From Candidatus Sulfomarinibacteraceae bacterium (GTDB lineage Bacteria; Acidobacteriota; Thermoanaerobaculia; Thermoanaerobaculales; Sulfomarinibacteraceae), in NCBI GenBank assembly GCA_963796455.1, contig CAWCLO010000004.1, positions 160,001 through 224,000 on the forward strand: a DNA stretch of 64,000 nt, in the 5' to 3' direction. The position numbers were made by a program, and so were the translations under genes. Shown piece by piece: positions 19,292 through 31,164 of this stretch. The stretch's first letter is position 1. Each line of letters starts with the position of its first letter. Below the pieces are notes generated by a model that worked only from the letters and a program-made list of their open reading frames with translations, was not told the origin of the DNA and did not search any database.

Positions 19292-20271
19292 TCAATTCCC
19301 TTCCGGCAGATCCCGGGTCGAACGCAGCGCGAGCCTTGATTCGTCCAGCTGGTTTTCTCGATAGGCGCCCATCGGCAGAACCTTGTAATGTTCGTCCAGG
19401 ATCCGGAAAAAGCTCTCCAACATCTCGGTCTTCGTGCCGCCGTCAAGACCCATTGCGGGGAAGAAGGCCAGTTCCGGGACATCGTCTCCGCCGAGGAAAT
19501 CCAGCGGGTGGAGCAACAATGAGGGTTCGGTTCCGGTCAGGCGGCACATTGTGAGCGCAGTCTTGAAATAGATCCTGGCCAACCACGGCGAGTAGGTGCC
19601 GAGATAAAGAAGATAACTGAAGTGGAAGGGCACCTTGAAGATGGGCATCGTGGTCACGGGGATCTCGAGCAGCGAAGACCCGCCCATGTCCCACCGATAG
19701 GGTTTGACCGGTCTCAATCCATCTTTCAAACCACCGAACAGGGCTTTGCGTTTGTCTTTTTCGTCGTCGGTGAACCTCGAGGTCATGAAGTAGTAGGCAC
19801 GGGCCAGTGGGCCGAGGAAGGTCGGAAAGGTGGAGGCATCGAAGCGGTAACCGCGTCGATTCAGGACCGCGAGCGTCCTCGTCGATAGGCTGTAGCCCGG
19901 ACCGCGGAATCCGGTGGGAGTGGTCCCCGTTGCTGCGGCGATGGCCTCCTCGGTGCGCGAGATCTCATCCTCGATCTGTTCTTCCGAATAGAGGTGGAGC
20001 CAGGGTTCGTGATTGAACGAGTGGTTGCCGATTTCGTGACTCGCGGCTGCGATCTCTGCGAGGGCTTCGCGGTTTTTCTCCAAGTGCCGCGTCCTGGCCG
20101 ACCACAAAGACCGTGATGTTCCAGTTGAATCGGCCGAGGATCTTGAGGAAGCGCGGCACGACGAGGTCGAGGTAGACTGGGAAACTCTTCCCAGCCGGCG
20201 TCGCCGTGGGTTTTCATGTAGGACCACTGGTTGTCGAGATCGAGAGACAGGGAGCAGTGTCGCTGCGTCAT
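19292..20271 (-). CDS. Polysaccharide deacetylase (frameshifted in this sequence)
   Basis: 'SLDLDNQWSYMKTHGD', 'ITVFVVGQDA' and 'HEIGNHSFNHEPW...GFRGPG' lie in different frames. Confidence 0.75.
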
Positions 20272-20274
20272 CTT

Positions 20275-21647
20275 TCAGATGGTTCCACGCTTTCTCGGTG
20301 CAGGTGATCCAGCGGTCTGGCCGGTGATCTCCTGCAGCGATTCGGTGGCGAGCTTGAGCGATTCGTTGACATTGAGGGTGCCGTTGACGATCTGTGCCGA
20401 GTTGACGATATACACGACCGGGAATGGAGGTCCGTTTGGCGGGCAGCCGGTTCGAGTACCCGAGCGTCGGCAGGGCATAGACGAAGCTTTCCCGCGATAC
20501 CTGGAACTCAGGACATCGTCCTCGCTGAGGTCTGGATACATCCGGAACAGGGCCTCGAGAAAGCGCTCTTTCCACTCGTCGTCGCTGAGCGAAAACGCGG
20601 GATCGTGAGCTTGCGAGGTAGCTCGGAAGATAGACCAGCGGTGTGGTCCCGGAATCTCCTCGCGATCGACAAACGCCGACATCTCGATCACCGCAGTGAA
20701 GGGGACCCAGGAGTCGGTGATATTGGTGATGTAGTAGCGACCGAGGGGTTTTTTGAGCAGCAGGGAAGCGCAGACGATGCCCTGGTAGTCGACCTTTTCG
20801 AGCAGGTCCTTTTCATCTTCACTCAGATCCGGGCAGATCCGGCCGGCGATCGGAGCGGGCATGGTCAGGACGGCCTGGTCGAATTCGAGTTCATCCCCGG
20901 CGGCGGTCACGAGTCGCACACCATCAGCTCCGGTGCCCTCGACCTTGCGGATATCGGTTCCGGTGCGAAGCGACACCCTCGTTTGCCAGCAATTTTTCGT
21001 GAAAGGCCTCGAGAAACCTGCCGTATCCTCCCGGCACGTAGCCGAACATCTCCTTCTTGAGGCCGGATCGCCGTGCCGCGTACATGCGTTGCGATGGTGG
21101 CCCAGATGAATGCTGCCGAGGTCTTGCGGTAGCTCTCGCCGAGTTTCGACCGCAAAAGGGCAGCCAGATCTTGTCAAAGGTCTTTTGCCGGACACACCGT
21201 CGCAGCCAGTCGGCGACGGGATCGTTTTCGAGCGGTCGCCAGTTCGTGATCCGTGGAGGCGTAGAAGATGGTCGCTGCCAGCCGAGCTTTCGAGATCAAT
21301 CCGAGGGGAGGGAAACGGAGGAACTCGAGCGAACTCGACATCGAATACAGCTTGCCGTCGGTAGTAAAAGCCGGTCTTGGTCTCGACCCACTTCATGCTC
21401 TGTCTCGAGGTCGAGTTCGCGGAGCAGTGATCGCAGGTAGACTGTCCGACAGGAGGATGACGTGATAGTGGCGGTCCCATTCAACGTCGCCGAGCCGCCA
21501 GGCGCTCGCGAGACCGCCCAGTTTCTGAGATCGTTCGAAAAGGGTGACGTCGTGACCCTGCTGTCGCAAGCCGGAGAGCCAGCGTCATCCCGAGGACGCC
21601 GCCGCCGACGACCGCCCATAGCTGTCGAGCCGTTGCTGTTCAGTCAC
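20275..21647 (-). CDS. NAD(P)/FAD-dependent oxidoreductase (multiply frameshifted)
   Basis: 'AVVGGGVLGMTLA' dinucleotide-binding motif near 21600; 'WVETKTGFY', 'YYITNITD..PFTAVIEM', 'NSAQIVNGTLNVNE' fragments in several frames. Confidence 0.7.
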
Positions 21648-22348
21648 CGTGTGGTTCGATCACCTCTGGCACGTTGACTCGTCGGCAGATGGGAGATCCA
21701 GGCGGATCGGCATCACGAGGGCGGGTCCAACTCCTCGACCAGCCTGGCCGGTGATCCGGTATGCTGAGGCTGCACGCCGGACAGGCTGAAGTCGTTTGCG
21801 GCATCGACCGTACGTCATTGAAATCGGACGACGAGGTGGCCGCAGCGACAGACGCAGCCGACCGGTTTCGCCGGGTGGCCCATGACGAGGTGGAAATCGT
21901 CGACGTTCTTCGTGACCAGGGCTCCCATCCCAACCATGGCGAATCGACCGATGGAGAGATCGTTGCCAATGATGCAGCCGGCGCCGATCGTGGCGCCCTG
22001 CCTTGACCAGGGTCGGCAAGCGTGTCCTCGTCGGGCTCCGATGGGCGCAGCTCTTTGAGGTCGACGGTCGTGGCCCGCGGGAACCGGTCGTTTGTGAAAA
22101 CGGTGCCGGCGCTGATCATGACTCCGTCTTCGATGGTGACTGCGGTGCAGATGTAGACCATGGCGTTGATCTTGACGCGATCGCCGATGACGACATCGTA
22201 GGCGATGTAGGCTCTTTTCGCCGACGATGCAGTCGCTGCCGATCTGCGCGCCGTGGCGGATGTGGACGTTGTCCCAGATCGAGAGTTCCGTCGCCGATCT
22301 GGACGTCCGTCTTCGATCAGGGCCGTGGGGTGGATTCGTGGCGGTCAC
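21640..22348 (-). CDS. LbH N-acetyltransferase (WbpD-like, C-terminal CxC motif), frameshifted
   Basis: 'IWDNVHIRHGAQIGSDCIVGEK', 'VFTNDRFPRA', 'ATIGAGCII', 'GHPAKPVGCVCRCG' across frames. Confidence 0.75.
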
Positions 22349-22354
22349 TGTGTT

Positions 22355-23385
22355 TCACTCCGGTTCTGCTGATTCAGACGGTTGCCGGCCTGTGCCGTTG
22401 TTCGACTGGCGGTCCAGTGGTTCTGGCTCGAGCGATTCGTACGCGGCCTCGACCACTTCGACCGAAGCGAGGGCGTCGTCGGAATCGATCAGCAGCCGTC
22501 TCCTCGCCGTTGATGGCATCGCGCGAAGTTGACGATCTGGTTGCGAAAGGCTCCGACCTTGTCGTAGCCGTCGCCGAAGCTCACCCACTCGGGTGAGCTC
22601 GATTGGCGGTACTTGGACTCCTTCCAGCCGACCAGCACCGTGCCCCGTCGAGCCGTAGATGCTGATGTAGCGGTCGAGTTCTTTGTTGATGCTCCACGAG
22701 AGATCGATATTGCCGATGACACCCTTGGCGCTGCGAACAAAGACCCGGACGGTTTCCTCGACCGTCGAGGTTCTGGGCGCGTCGTCCCTCCATGACGTGG
22801 ACTTCCGCCAGCGGCCCGAGGAAATAGCGAGCGATGTCGAAGGAGTGGGTGCCGTTGTCGATCAGGACCCCGCCGCCGCTGATTTTCGGGTCCGAGTTCC
22901 AGCGCTTGGACATGTCGACCCAGGCGGTGAAGGCGTTTTCGAAGAGGACGATGTCTCCGAGGATGCCGGAATCGACGATCTGTTTGGCTTTGATGACGTC
23001 GTCGACATAACGGAACTTCGAGGCCATGGTGATCTTGACGCCCTTTTCTGCGGCGGCGTCGATCACTTTCTTGGATTCGGCGGCGCTGACCGCGAATGGC
23101 TTTTCGCACAACACGTGAACCCCGCGGTCGATGAAGTCAAGGCAGATCTGAGGGTGGGTCGATGGTGGCGTGCAGATCAGCACCGCATCCGGCTTGCATT
23201 CCTCGGCGAGCTCCGAAGTGCGACTCAAACGCCCGGGTCCCGAGGACCTCGGCGAGCGATTTCGCGGCCTCCGGCCGGACATCCGCGACTCCGACGACCT
23301 CGCACTGGTCGCAGGTCTGAAAGGCCTGCGCGTAACCCTGTGAAATGGCTCCGGCACCGACGATGGCGAATTTCGTTTTTGCCAT
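22355..23385 (-). CDS. Gfo/Idh/MocA oxidoreductase, frameshifted
   Basis: 'FAIVGAGAI', 'ICTPP..H', 'HVLCEKP', '[11 protein letters not shown]'. Confidence 0.8.
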
Positions 23386-23390
23386 GATGC

Positions 23391-24628
23391 TCACCTCGCA
23401 AGGCGGGCGACGGCTTCTTTGACCGCGTCCGCCGATGTATTCACATGTTCGTCTGTGTATTTTTCGTTCCACGGCAGGACCAGGATGCCCTCGAGGCCGG
23501 AATAGGTGCCGGGGAAGAGGGCCGGATCGTAGTCGACCGCTTCAGGCCGGGCGAGATTGAAGGGGTAGTGGCTCGTAGCCGAAGGTGACCTGGTCTCTGA
23601 ATACCTGGCACATGAAGGCCGGTTTCTGGATGTAGCGTGGAGCCGAAAAGATGCCCTTTTCCGCGAGCGCCTTGCCGAGGCCCGGCGATCCGCCGGTCGA
23701 TGACATCGCCGTCCACGCGGAGGCAGTATTTCCAGTAGGTGTGCCGGGCGCCGTTTTCGACCGCCGGGGTTTGGATGCCGGGAACGCCTGTCAGCATCTC
23801 GGTCAGCCGGTCGGCCGTTTCGATCCGGGCGGCGACCACCCCGGGGAGTTTCGGCAGCTGTGCAGCCGCCACCGCGCCTTGAAGTTCGCTCATGCGGTAG
23901 TTGAGGGCGAGGAAATAGTGGTCGGGGTTCTGGTCGCCGTAGCCCCATGCCTTGTGGACGTGGAGGAATGCCCGCCGCGCCAGGGCCGGGTCGTTGCTGA
24001 CCACCAGACCGCCCTCTCCGGTGGTGATGTGCTTGCCCTGCTGCAGGCTGAAGCAGCCGATGGCGCCGATAGTGCCGATCTTTCGTCCGCGGTACTCGGC
24101 TCCGAATGCCTGGGCGGCGTCCTCGATGACCGGAATTCCCCGCGAATTCGCGAGCTCCATGATCTCGTCCATCTTGCAGGGATTGCCGAAGAGGTGGGTC
24201 GACGATGATGGCCTTGGTTTTCGGGCTGATTCGGGCTCGATGGTTTCCGCGGTGACGTTGCAGGTCAGCGGATCAACATCAGCAAAGACCGGAATCGCGC
24301 CCTGATAGAGGATGGGAGTGAGTGCGCCCATGTCGGTGATGGAGGTCGTGATGATCTCGTCGCCGGGCTCGGGGTTGATGGCGGCAACCGCAATGTGGAT
24401 GGCGGCGGTGCCCGAGGTGCAGGCGTAGGCGTGATCGACCCCCAGCGATCTTGGCGAAATGCGCCTCCAGATCCTTGACGAATTTGCCCCTTGGGGCTGA
24501 ACAGCATCCCGCTGCCGATGGCTTCGGCGAGAAGGTCGAGTTCCTCCTTGCCCAAGGTCCGTCCGGTGGAGTTCTGGTCGGAAGGGAGGTTCGAGCGTTC
24601 GTCGCCACAGCTGATTTTGAGTCGTCAT
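23391..24628 (-). CDS. DegT/DnrJ/EryC1/StrS aminotransferase, frameshifted
   Basis: 'TSGTAAIH', 'EDAAQA', 'FSLQQGKHITTGEGG', 'NYRMSELQ'. Confidence 0.85.
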
Positions 24629-24663
24629 GATTGTGCCTTCTCCTCTGTGTGGTTTCTGACGCT

Positions 24664-25835
24664 TCATTTTACACGTGCATTTTCATTGCCGCTTTCTGTG
24701 CCGGTGTCATCCACACCCAAGCTTTCGGCGACGATTGCTGCGATGCGATGTCCGCTGTCTCCAGAGCCGAAAGGGTTTTCGATCTGTTCGACTCGTTTCG
24801 ACCCAGACGGGTCGCCGTCGATCTCATCCAATAATTCGTGCAAGACGTTGCGGGTCACCTCCGACGAGTTGGGCGACGCCGCATTCACGGCCTCGGGACG
24901 TTCGGTGTTTTCCCGCAGGATCAAAACCGGTTTGCCGAGGGTCGGGGCCTCTTCCTGGACGCCGCCGGAGTCGGAGACGATGAGCCAGGCTTTCGACAGC
25001 AGATAGATGAAGTCCTCGTAATCCGAGGGGATCGACGAGGTGAATCCTGGGGTGGTCGGTCAACACATCGCTGTGCCGAGCGAACCACCGACGGGTTTGG
25101 ATGTACCGGGAACACGAGGTGCACGTCGTCGTGAGCATCGACGAATCGCCGTAAGACCTCGAGGTTGTGTTGCATCGTCTCGCCGAGGCTCTCCCGCCGG
25201 TGGGTGGTGAGAACGATCCGTCGTTTCCCCTCGGTGGCTGTGATGATTTCGTCGATCGCTTTGGTCGAGCGCGACCGACCGAGAATGAACTGTAGCGCAT
25301 CGACAACCGGGTTTCCGGTCACGAAGACGGATGCGGCGTCAACTCCCTCTGCCAGGAGGGTCTTGTCGTTGTGACGTGTCGCCGCAAAATGGAGATCGGC
25401 GAGCTGGCTGATCAGGCGGCGGTTCATTTCTTCCGGGAATGGGCTCTTGGCATTTCCCGTCCGCAGACCGGCTTCGACATGGCCCACCGGGATGTGGTTG
25501 TCAAATCCTCCCAACGCACCCGCCAGGGCCGTCGTCGTGTCGCCTTGAACCAGGATCATGTCCGGCTGTTCCGAGCGAAGAATCGGATTCAGCCCGTCGA
25601 TGACGCGGGCGCAGACCTCGTCCGGTGATTGGTCGGGCCGCATGACATCGAGGTCATGGTCGATGCGGATATCAAAGGTGGCGGCAAAAGGGTGGAGCAG
25701 GGAAGTGTGCTGCGACGAGGAGACATTGATGGTCTCGAAGCGGTCGGGGAGTTTTTCAAGACTCCGAATGACCGGGGCGAGCTTGATCACCTCGGGCCGG
25801 GTTCCAAAAAGAACGATTATTTTGGCCAACAGCAC
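24664..25835 (-). CDS. wecB: UDP-N-acetylglucosamine 2-epimerase (non-hydrolysing), frameshifted near 3' end
   Basis: 'FGTRPEVIKLAPV', 'VQGDTTT', 'HVEAGLRT', 'FPEEMNR', 'THRRE', 'LRENTERPE'. Confidence 0.88.
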
Positions 25836-26418
25836 TACCTCATTTCAACCATTTTCTGGCCACCTTCACTCCGGGTCGAATAACGCTTGATGTCGAAAGT
25901 CTCGCAATACCTGCCATCCCAAGTGTTTGTATAGACATCAGACGACACTGCCTAAACCGCGGATCTTTATCATATTAAGTCTTCGCACACACCTCGCGCA
26001 ATCGCCCGATTCGACCATTTTTCTCATCAATCTGCATGGGTTTTGAGTGATTTTCTGAGATTCCTGCGGTATTTGTTGATTTCTCCTCACCATCGGCACA
26101 CGACGACTGAAATCTTCCGAGAAAAATGAAAAGCCTGGTTTCGGATTCGTGATCCGATGGCTGTCGGTTGGCTCATGCCGGACTGTTCAAGAATGTTACG
26201 ATTTCGACATATGCGCCTCGAGAAGGAGAGTTGTGATTTGAGAGAAGGTGGGACCCTACTCTTCTGGGCGCGACTGTTTTGGGAGCGGTTTCGGACTCTC
26301 CTGTTGGGTTTGCATATTCATTTTTTGTGTTTGTATTGGACGATAGTGTGACGGACAGGGTATTCTGTGGGTCTACCCAATGTGCGACCATTGAGTTGCG
26401 AACATATAGAAGAAGGCG

Positions 26419-28230
26419 ATGGGTCAGCGGCGAATGAGCACTCGGGACCAAAAGTCGGAAGCGAATCGGAATTCCGATAAGGGTCAAGCTGCAACTTCCA
26501 CCCGCCATCTCCTGACGGTCGTGCTCGAGGACTACTTTCATGTCGCGCCTCTCAAAAGCGTCGTCCACGCTGAACAGTGGTACCGCTTCGAGAGACGCGT
26601 CGAGTCCAACACCCACCGGGCGCTCGATCTTCTCGACGAATACGATATTTCGGCGACCTTTTTTGTTCTCGGATCCATTGCGGATGAGATGCCGGAGTTG
26701 GTGCGCGAAGTTGCCGAACGAGGCCACGAAATCGCCAGCAAGGGCTATTTTCACCACAGCATCCGCCATCTCACCCGCGAAGAATTCCGCGATGATCTGG
26801 TGAGATCCCGCGAAGCTCTGCAAAGGGCCTCGGGGACCCGCGTCGATGGATTTCGGATGGGTCATCGGTGGTTTGCGCCCGAAGACCTCTGGGCGCTCGA
26901 TATCCTCGCCGAAGAGGGCTTCGCCTACGACTCGAGTGTGCGGCCGCTCTTCAGACGCTACGCCGGCGATCCCCGCCGTCGCAAACCCCATCTGCATCGT
27001 CACGAAGGCCACGAGATCTGGGAATTCCCACTGTCGAGTTGGACCATCGGCGGGTGGTCGTGTCCAATTTCCGGTGGCAACTATTTCAGACAGATGCCGC
27101 AGTGGATGATGCGGCGGGCCGTCAAGTCCTGGATCAAATCGGCCGAGGCGCCTTTTCTGATGTATTTTCACGTTTGGGAGTTGGATCCCGACCAACCTCG
27201 AATTCAGGCCGTGCCTCTCCGGGAAAAGATCCGCCAGTATCGAAATCTCGACAAGATGGACGGGATCGTCCGCAATTATCTGGATGCATATTCATTTACC
27301 GGAATTGGTGACTATCTGGGGATCAAGCGGTCCATCGCCGATCAAGACGTCGGCAGGGATTCGAGGGTTTCCTCGACAAAACCTGCTGTGGCGGACTTGT
27401 TGACTGACAACGGCCACCTACCTCCCGTATCGGTCGTCGTCCCCTGCTTCAACGAAGAACTCATACTTCCCTATCTCTCCAACACCCTGCACAGCGTCGA
27501 GACCCAGCTCGGCCAGAAATACGATCTGCGCTTCGTGTTTGTCGATGACGGAAGCGCGGATGGCACGTGGTCGGCCCTCGAGCGGATCTTCGGCCATCGA
27601 GCAAATTGTGTTCTCGTCAAGCATCCAGAGAACCGGGGTGTGGCGGCTGCGATCAAGACCGGGCTGGATGCATCATCCACCGAGATCATCTGTTCAATTG
27701 ATTGCGACTGCACCTACGACCCCCACCAGCTGCAGAAAATGATCCCGATGCTGACCGGGGACGTGGACATGGTGGTGGCGTCCCCCTATCACGCCGACGG
27801 CGTGGTTCGAAACGTTCCGGGATGGCGGCTCTTTCTCTCGAAATCTCTTTCCAACCTGTATCGGATCGTCCTTCACCACCGGCTAGCCACCTACACGAGT
27901 TGCTTTCGGGTCTACCGGCGGAGCGCGACGATCGATATCGACATCGAAGAGAGCGGTTTTCTCGGAGTCGTGGAAATGCTCGGGCTTCTCGATCTGCAGG
28001 GTGGAAAGATTGCCGAATGTCCTGCGGTTCTCGAAGTGCGTCTCCTCGGTAGATCCAAAATGAAGACCCTGAGGACAATCTTCGGTCATCTCGGCCTGCT
28101 CGCCCGTTTCGGTGCCAAACGGTTGGTCGGGCCCAAACTCCCAGCCGATCAAAAGAAAGCCGGCGCGACCGTTGCGGATGAAAACGCGGCGGCTCAGCAG
28201 GACGTTGATCAGCCGCACGCGAGCCCATGA
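26419..28230 (+). CDS. XrtA-type (DUF3473) polysaccharide deacetylase fused to GT2 glycosyltransferase
   Basis: 'LEDYFH', 'ATFFVLG', 'GGNYFR', 'YFHVWELDPDQPR', then 'VSVVVPCFNEE', 'DDGSAD', 'DCDCTY'. Confidence 0.88.
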   Translation: MGQRRMSTRDQKSEANRNSDKGQAATSTRHLLTVVLEDYFHVAPLKSVVHAEQWYRFERRVESNTHRALDLLDEYDISATFFVLGSIADEMPELVREVAERGHEIASKGYFHHSIRHLTREEFRDDLVRSREALQRASGTRVDGFRMGHRWFAPEDLWALDILAEEGFAYDSSVRPLFRRYAGDPRRRKPHLHRHEGHEIWEFPLSSWTIGGWSCPISGGNYFRQMPQWMMRRAVKSWIKSAEAPFLMYFHVWELDPDQPRIQAVPLREKIRQYRNLDKMDGIVRNYLDAYSFTGIGDYLGIKRSIADQDVGRDSRVSSTKPAVADLLTDNGHLPPVSVVVPCFNEELILPYLSNTLHSVETQLGQKYDLRFVFVDDGSADGTWSALERIFGHRANCVLVKHPENRGVAAAIKTGLDASSTEIICSIDCDCTYDPHQLQKMIPMLTGDVDMVVASPYHADGVVRNVPGWRLFLSKSLSNLYRIVLHHRLATYTSCFRVYRRSATIDIDIEESGFLGVVEMLGLLDLQGGKIAECPAVLEVRLLGRSKMKTLRTIFGHLGLLARFGAKRLVGPKLPADQKKAGATVADENAAAQQDVDQPHASP

Positions 28231-28300
28231 CATTATTTTCCACCCCGTCCCGGGGCCGCATGTGGTCGCTTCAATTCCGCGCTGGGCGCAGATCCCCCAG

Positions 28301-29992
28301 ATGGACGGGTTTGCCGTGACGGGGGATCAGCGCGAACCGGATGCACGGGCCGTCTGTGGCGCTGGATCCGAGTCGTCATCAGATCTGAAATGGCAGCATT
28401 CGGTTTTTGCCGCCGAAAGCACTCCGGCGGAGGGGCGACGGTGGCTGATCTTCACGTTGTTCGGTGGAACCGCGATTCTCCTGACCACCCTCAGCTTCGG
28501 TTTCGAATACGATCACGGTGATCTGCAGTATGTGGCGTGGAGCGCACTGAACGGTCATTGGCCCTATTCCGGAGCCTGGGAGACATCCTTTCCAGGGGGC
28601 ATCCTGATCCACGCCCTGGTACTGGCATTGGGGGGGCAATCGGCCCTGGCGTTTCGGGCATTCGATCTGATTGTTCAGATCCTCACACTCGGGCTCATCT
28701 TCAAGGGCACACAGAAGATCTCCGGGCCGCTGGCTGGATCGATCGCCGCGTTGCTCTATGCCGTGGCCTATGTGCAGGGTGGCGCATACCACACCGCGCA
28801 GCGTGATGGATTCATGGTGCCCCTGATCCTGATTGCCCTGTTCTCCCTCTGGAGGTTCCGGGATTCGCAGCGGGTCGTCCTCCTCGGTGTGGCGGGCTTC
28901 GCCCTGGGCGTGGTGTGCGTCATCAAACCGACCTACGCGGTTTTGGTGGCGGCCATCACGATTGTTCTGGTGTTCTGGCGGACCGATTCGAGGACCGCGG
29001 GTGTCCGGCTGATTCGAGCCGGCTGTTTTGCGTTGTGCGGTAGTCTGCCATTGTTGTTTGTTTTATTTGTCCTGTTTCGTCAGGGTGAGATGACCTCGCT
29101 CATCGAAATCAGCACCTTCCTCAAAACGGTCTATGTCCACCTCGAACGGTCGTCTCAGCTCCGAGTGTTGCTCGCGACGCTCTACGTGGCCCCGGCGGTG
29201 GTATCGATCGGGGTTGTCGCCTCGTTGCTCCCCGGGGTCAAGAGGGGAGAGCGGTTCTGGAGCGTGGTCGGTCTTGGAGCGGTCTGCCTCGTTGTCCGGA
29301 TGATCGAGGCAAAATCCTACAGCTACCAGTATTGGCCGATCGTCGCGACCCTCGTCATGCTGTCCGGTGTGGGCTGGGCCTTCATCCTCCGGGCCACCGC
29401 GTCCTTTGTCGACGGTTCCACGTCGGCGAAAAGAATTGCGGTTGCGTTGGTTGTCACCGTGATGGTTGGAGCAAGCCTCCTGACGGATCGTGGCACCGTC
29501 GAGGGCTTCCTGGCCTTCGGGGGAAGGATGAAGGCCTCCCTTGAAAGGCCGGTAGCTTTCGACTCTCTGGTTGCCGGGAGCGAGGAACAGGCGGCGATCG
29601 CCCGCTATCTCAACCACCACAGCCAACCGGGAGATACCGTGCAGCTCTGGGGTGCTGAACCGGCGGTGCTTTACGCGGCGCAGCGACGTTCCCCTTCACG
29701 GTTCTTTACCAGTTCTCCCTTTCTCTGCCGTCATGCACGGTTCTTCGAGCACTGTGACGAGAACCTGATCGAGGTTCAACGGCGCTGGAAGCGGGAGTTC
29801 CTGGACGCGGTCAACGAAGTGAAACCACTGTTTATCGTGGCTCATCTCGCCTCGGACGAAGAATCCCTGGCCATCTCCGAAGGAGCCCGGTACGCACCCG
29901 ATTTTCCCCAGCTTCGCGAGATCATCGGACGCAACTATTCGAAGGCGGAAACCTTTGGAGCGTGGACGGTTTTCCGTCGCAACGGAAAATGA
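28301..29992 (+). CDS. Polytopic membrane glycosyltransferase-like protein (GT-C)
   Basis: About 10 TMs, 'WPYSGAWETSFPG', 'KPTY', periplasmic C-terminal domain; start uncertain. Confidence 0.6.
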   Translation: MDGFAVTGDQREPDARAVCGAGSESSSDLKWQHSVFAAESTPAEGRRWLIFTLFGGTAILLTTLSFGFEYDHGDLQYVAWSALNGHWPYSGAWETSFPGGILIHALVLALGGQSALAFRAFDLIVQILTLGLIFKGTQKISGPLAGSIAALLYAVAYVQGGAYHTAQRDGFMVPLILIALFSLWRFRDSQRVVLLGVAGFALGVVCVIKPTYAVLVAAITIVLVFWRTDSRTAGVRLIRAGCFALCGSLPLLFVLFVLFRQGEMTSLIEISTFLKTVYVHLERSSQLRVLLATLYVAPAVVSIGVVASLLPGVKRGERFWSVVGLGAVCLVVRMIEAKSYSYQYWPIVATLVMLSGVGWAFILRATASFVDGSTSAKRIAVALVVTVMVGASLLTDRGTVEGFLAFGGRMKASLERPVAFDSLVAGSEEQAAIARYLNHHSQPGDTVQLWGAEPAVLYAAQRRSPSRFFTSSPFLCRHARFFEHCDENLIEVQRRWKREFLDAVNEVKPLFIVAHLASDEESLAISEGARYAPDFPQLREIIGRNYSKAETFGAWTVFRRNGK

Positions 29993-31101
29993 AGAGCGGC
30001 CGCGACGGGATGATCGGCGGGTCGAAAATCCGATCTGCTGAAGAAAAAATCCCGCCAAAGAACCCGGTCCGACGACCTTACGGATTCTGGATACTGATGC
30101 TGGTGCTGACTCTCGGTATCGGGTTTTTGGTTGCTGAAGTGCTCCTGCGGGTGGCGGGGTACGAGCCCTGGACCTTTGCCGTCAGAGAGAACGAGCCGAG
30201 GGTGTACGAAGCTGATCCCGATCTCGGCTGGAAAAACAAAACGGGCGCGTACCGCTATCCCGGCTATTCTCCGGATGTGTCGGAAATATCTTTGACAATT
30301 ACAGGGAATGGTTCGAGGAAAACAGATTTCATTGATGAAGATTTGAGTGATGAAAGACCAAAACTACTCCTACTCGGAGGTTCTTTTATTCAGGGGTGGG
30401 CGATCTCTGACAACGAGACTTTCGCGTGGAAAATACAACAAAGATATCGCGGTCTGAAGGTTGAGAATTTCGGTACCGGAGGTTACGGCACCTATCAATC
30501 GCTTCTGGTTCTTGAGCGCGTCTCGACCCGTTCCGCGATGCCACGTGCGGTCATCTACGCGTTCATTGATGACCACGAACGTCGAAACGTCGGCACCTCG
30601 TGGTGGTTGCGCGCGATTCGGCGAGGCTCAGTGGGGAAGGACCGTCCGAAGGTTTTGCTGCCTTATTGCTCCCTTGGTGACGGCGGCGAAATCGTCAGGG
30701 AAGAGCCGGTTTCCTACCCTGGGATCTGGCGACTCAGCTTTGTCTCATCCGCCATTGATTTTCTGCAGCTCCAAACAGTAACTTTGGGTACAATTTCTCG
30801 GAGCTTTCAACGGAAGAAAGTTACAGAGAAATTGATTCTGAATATGCGGGATTTGAGTTTAAAAAATGGGTCAGAGTTTTTTGTTTTGTTTCTCTACTTT
30901 CACAAAGATTCGAACAGAGAGTATTACAAAGAATTCCTGGATAACGAGGGTATTTCAGGAATCGACTGTGCCTTCAAATTGACCGACGACCTCCATGTAG
31001 ATGGCGAAGGCCATCCCAACGGTGCGATGAACACGCTGTGGTCGGAATGTGTCGAGGATGCCATAGGTGCGAGATTGAGCTCGTTCTCGGGAGTTGGTTG
31101 A
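29989..31101 (+). CDS. Membrane-anchored SGNH hydrolase-like protein
   Basis: 'DPDLGW', 'LGGSFIQG', 'NFGTGGYGT', 'GHPN'. Confidence 0.75.
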   Translation: MKSGRDGMIGGSKIRSAEEKIPPKNPVRRPYGFWILMLVLTLGIGFLVAEVLLRVAGYEPWTFAVRENEPRVYEADPDLGWKNKTGAYRYPGYSPDVSEISLTITGNGSRKTDFIDEDLSDERPKLLLLGGSFIQGWAISDNETFAWKIQQRYRGLKVENFGTGGYGTYQSLLVLERVSTRSAMPRAVIYAFIDDHERRNVGTSWWLRAIRRGSVGKDRPKVLLPYCSLGDGGEIVREEPVSYPGIWRLSFVSSAIDFLQLQTVTLGTISRSFQRKKVTEKLILNMRDLSLKNGSEFFVLFLYFHKDSNREYYKEFLDNEGISGIDCAFKLTDDLHVDGEGHPNGAMNTLWSECVEDAIGARLSSFSGVG

Positions 31102-31164
31102 GTCCTGACCCGATCGGTGTTGTTTTTGCACGATGTCTGCCGAGGGAGATGGTAGCCTTCACTT

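Noticed and set aside
25836..26418. Long divergent intergenic region as possible ncRNA or JUMPstart/ops site
   Set aside because: No recognisable motif or strong structure; probably just promoters
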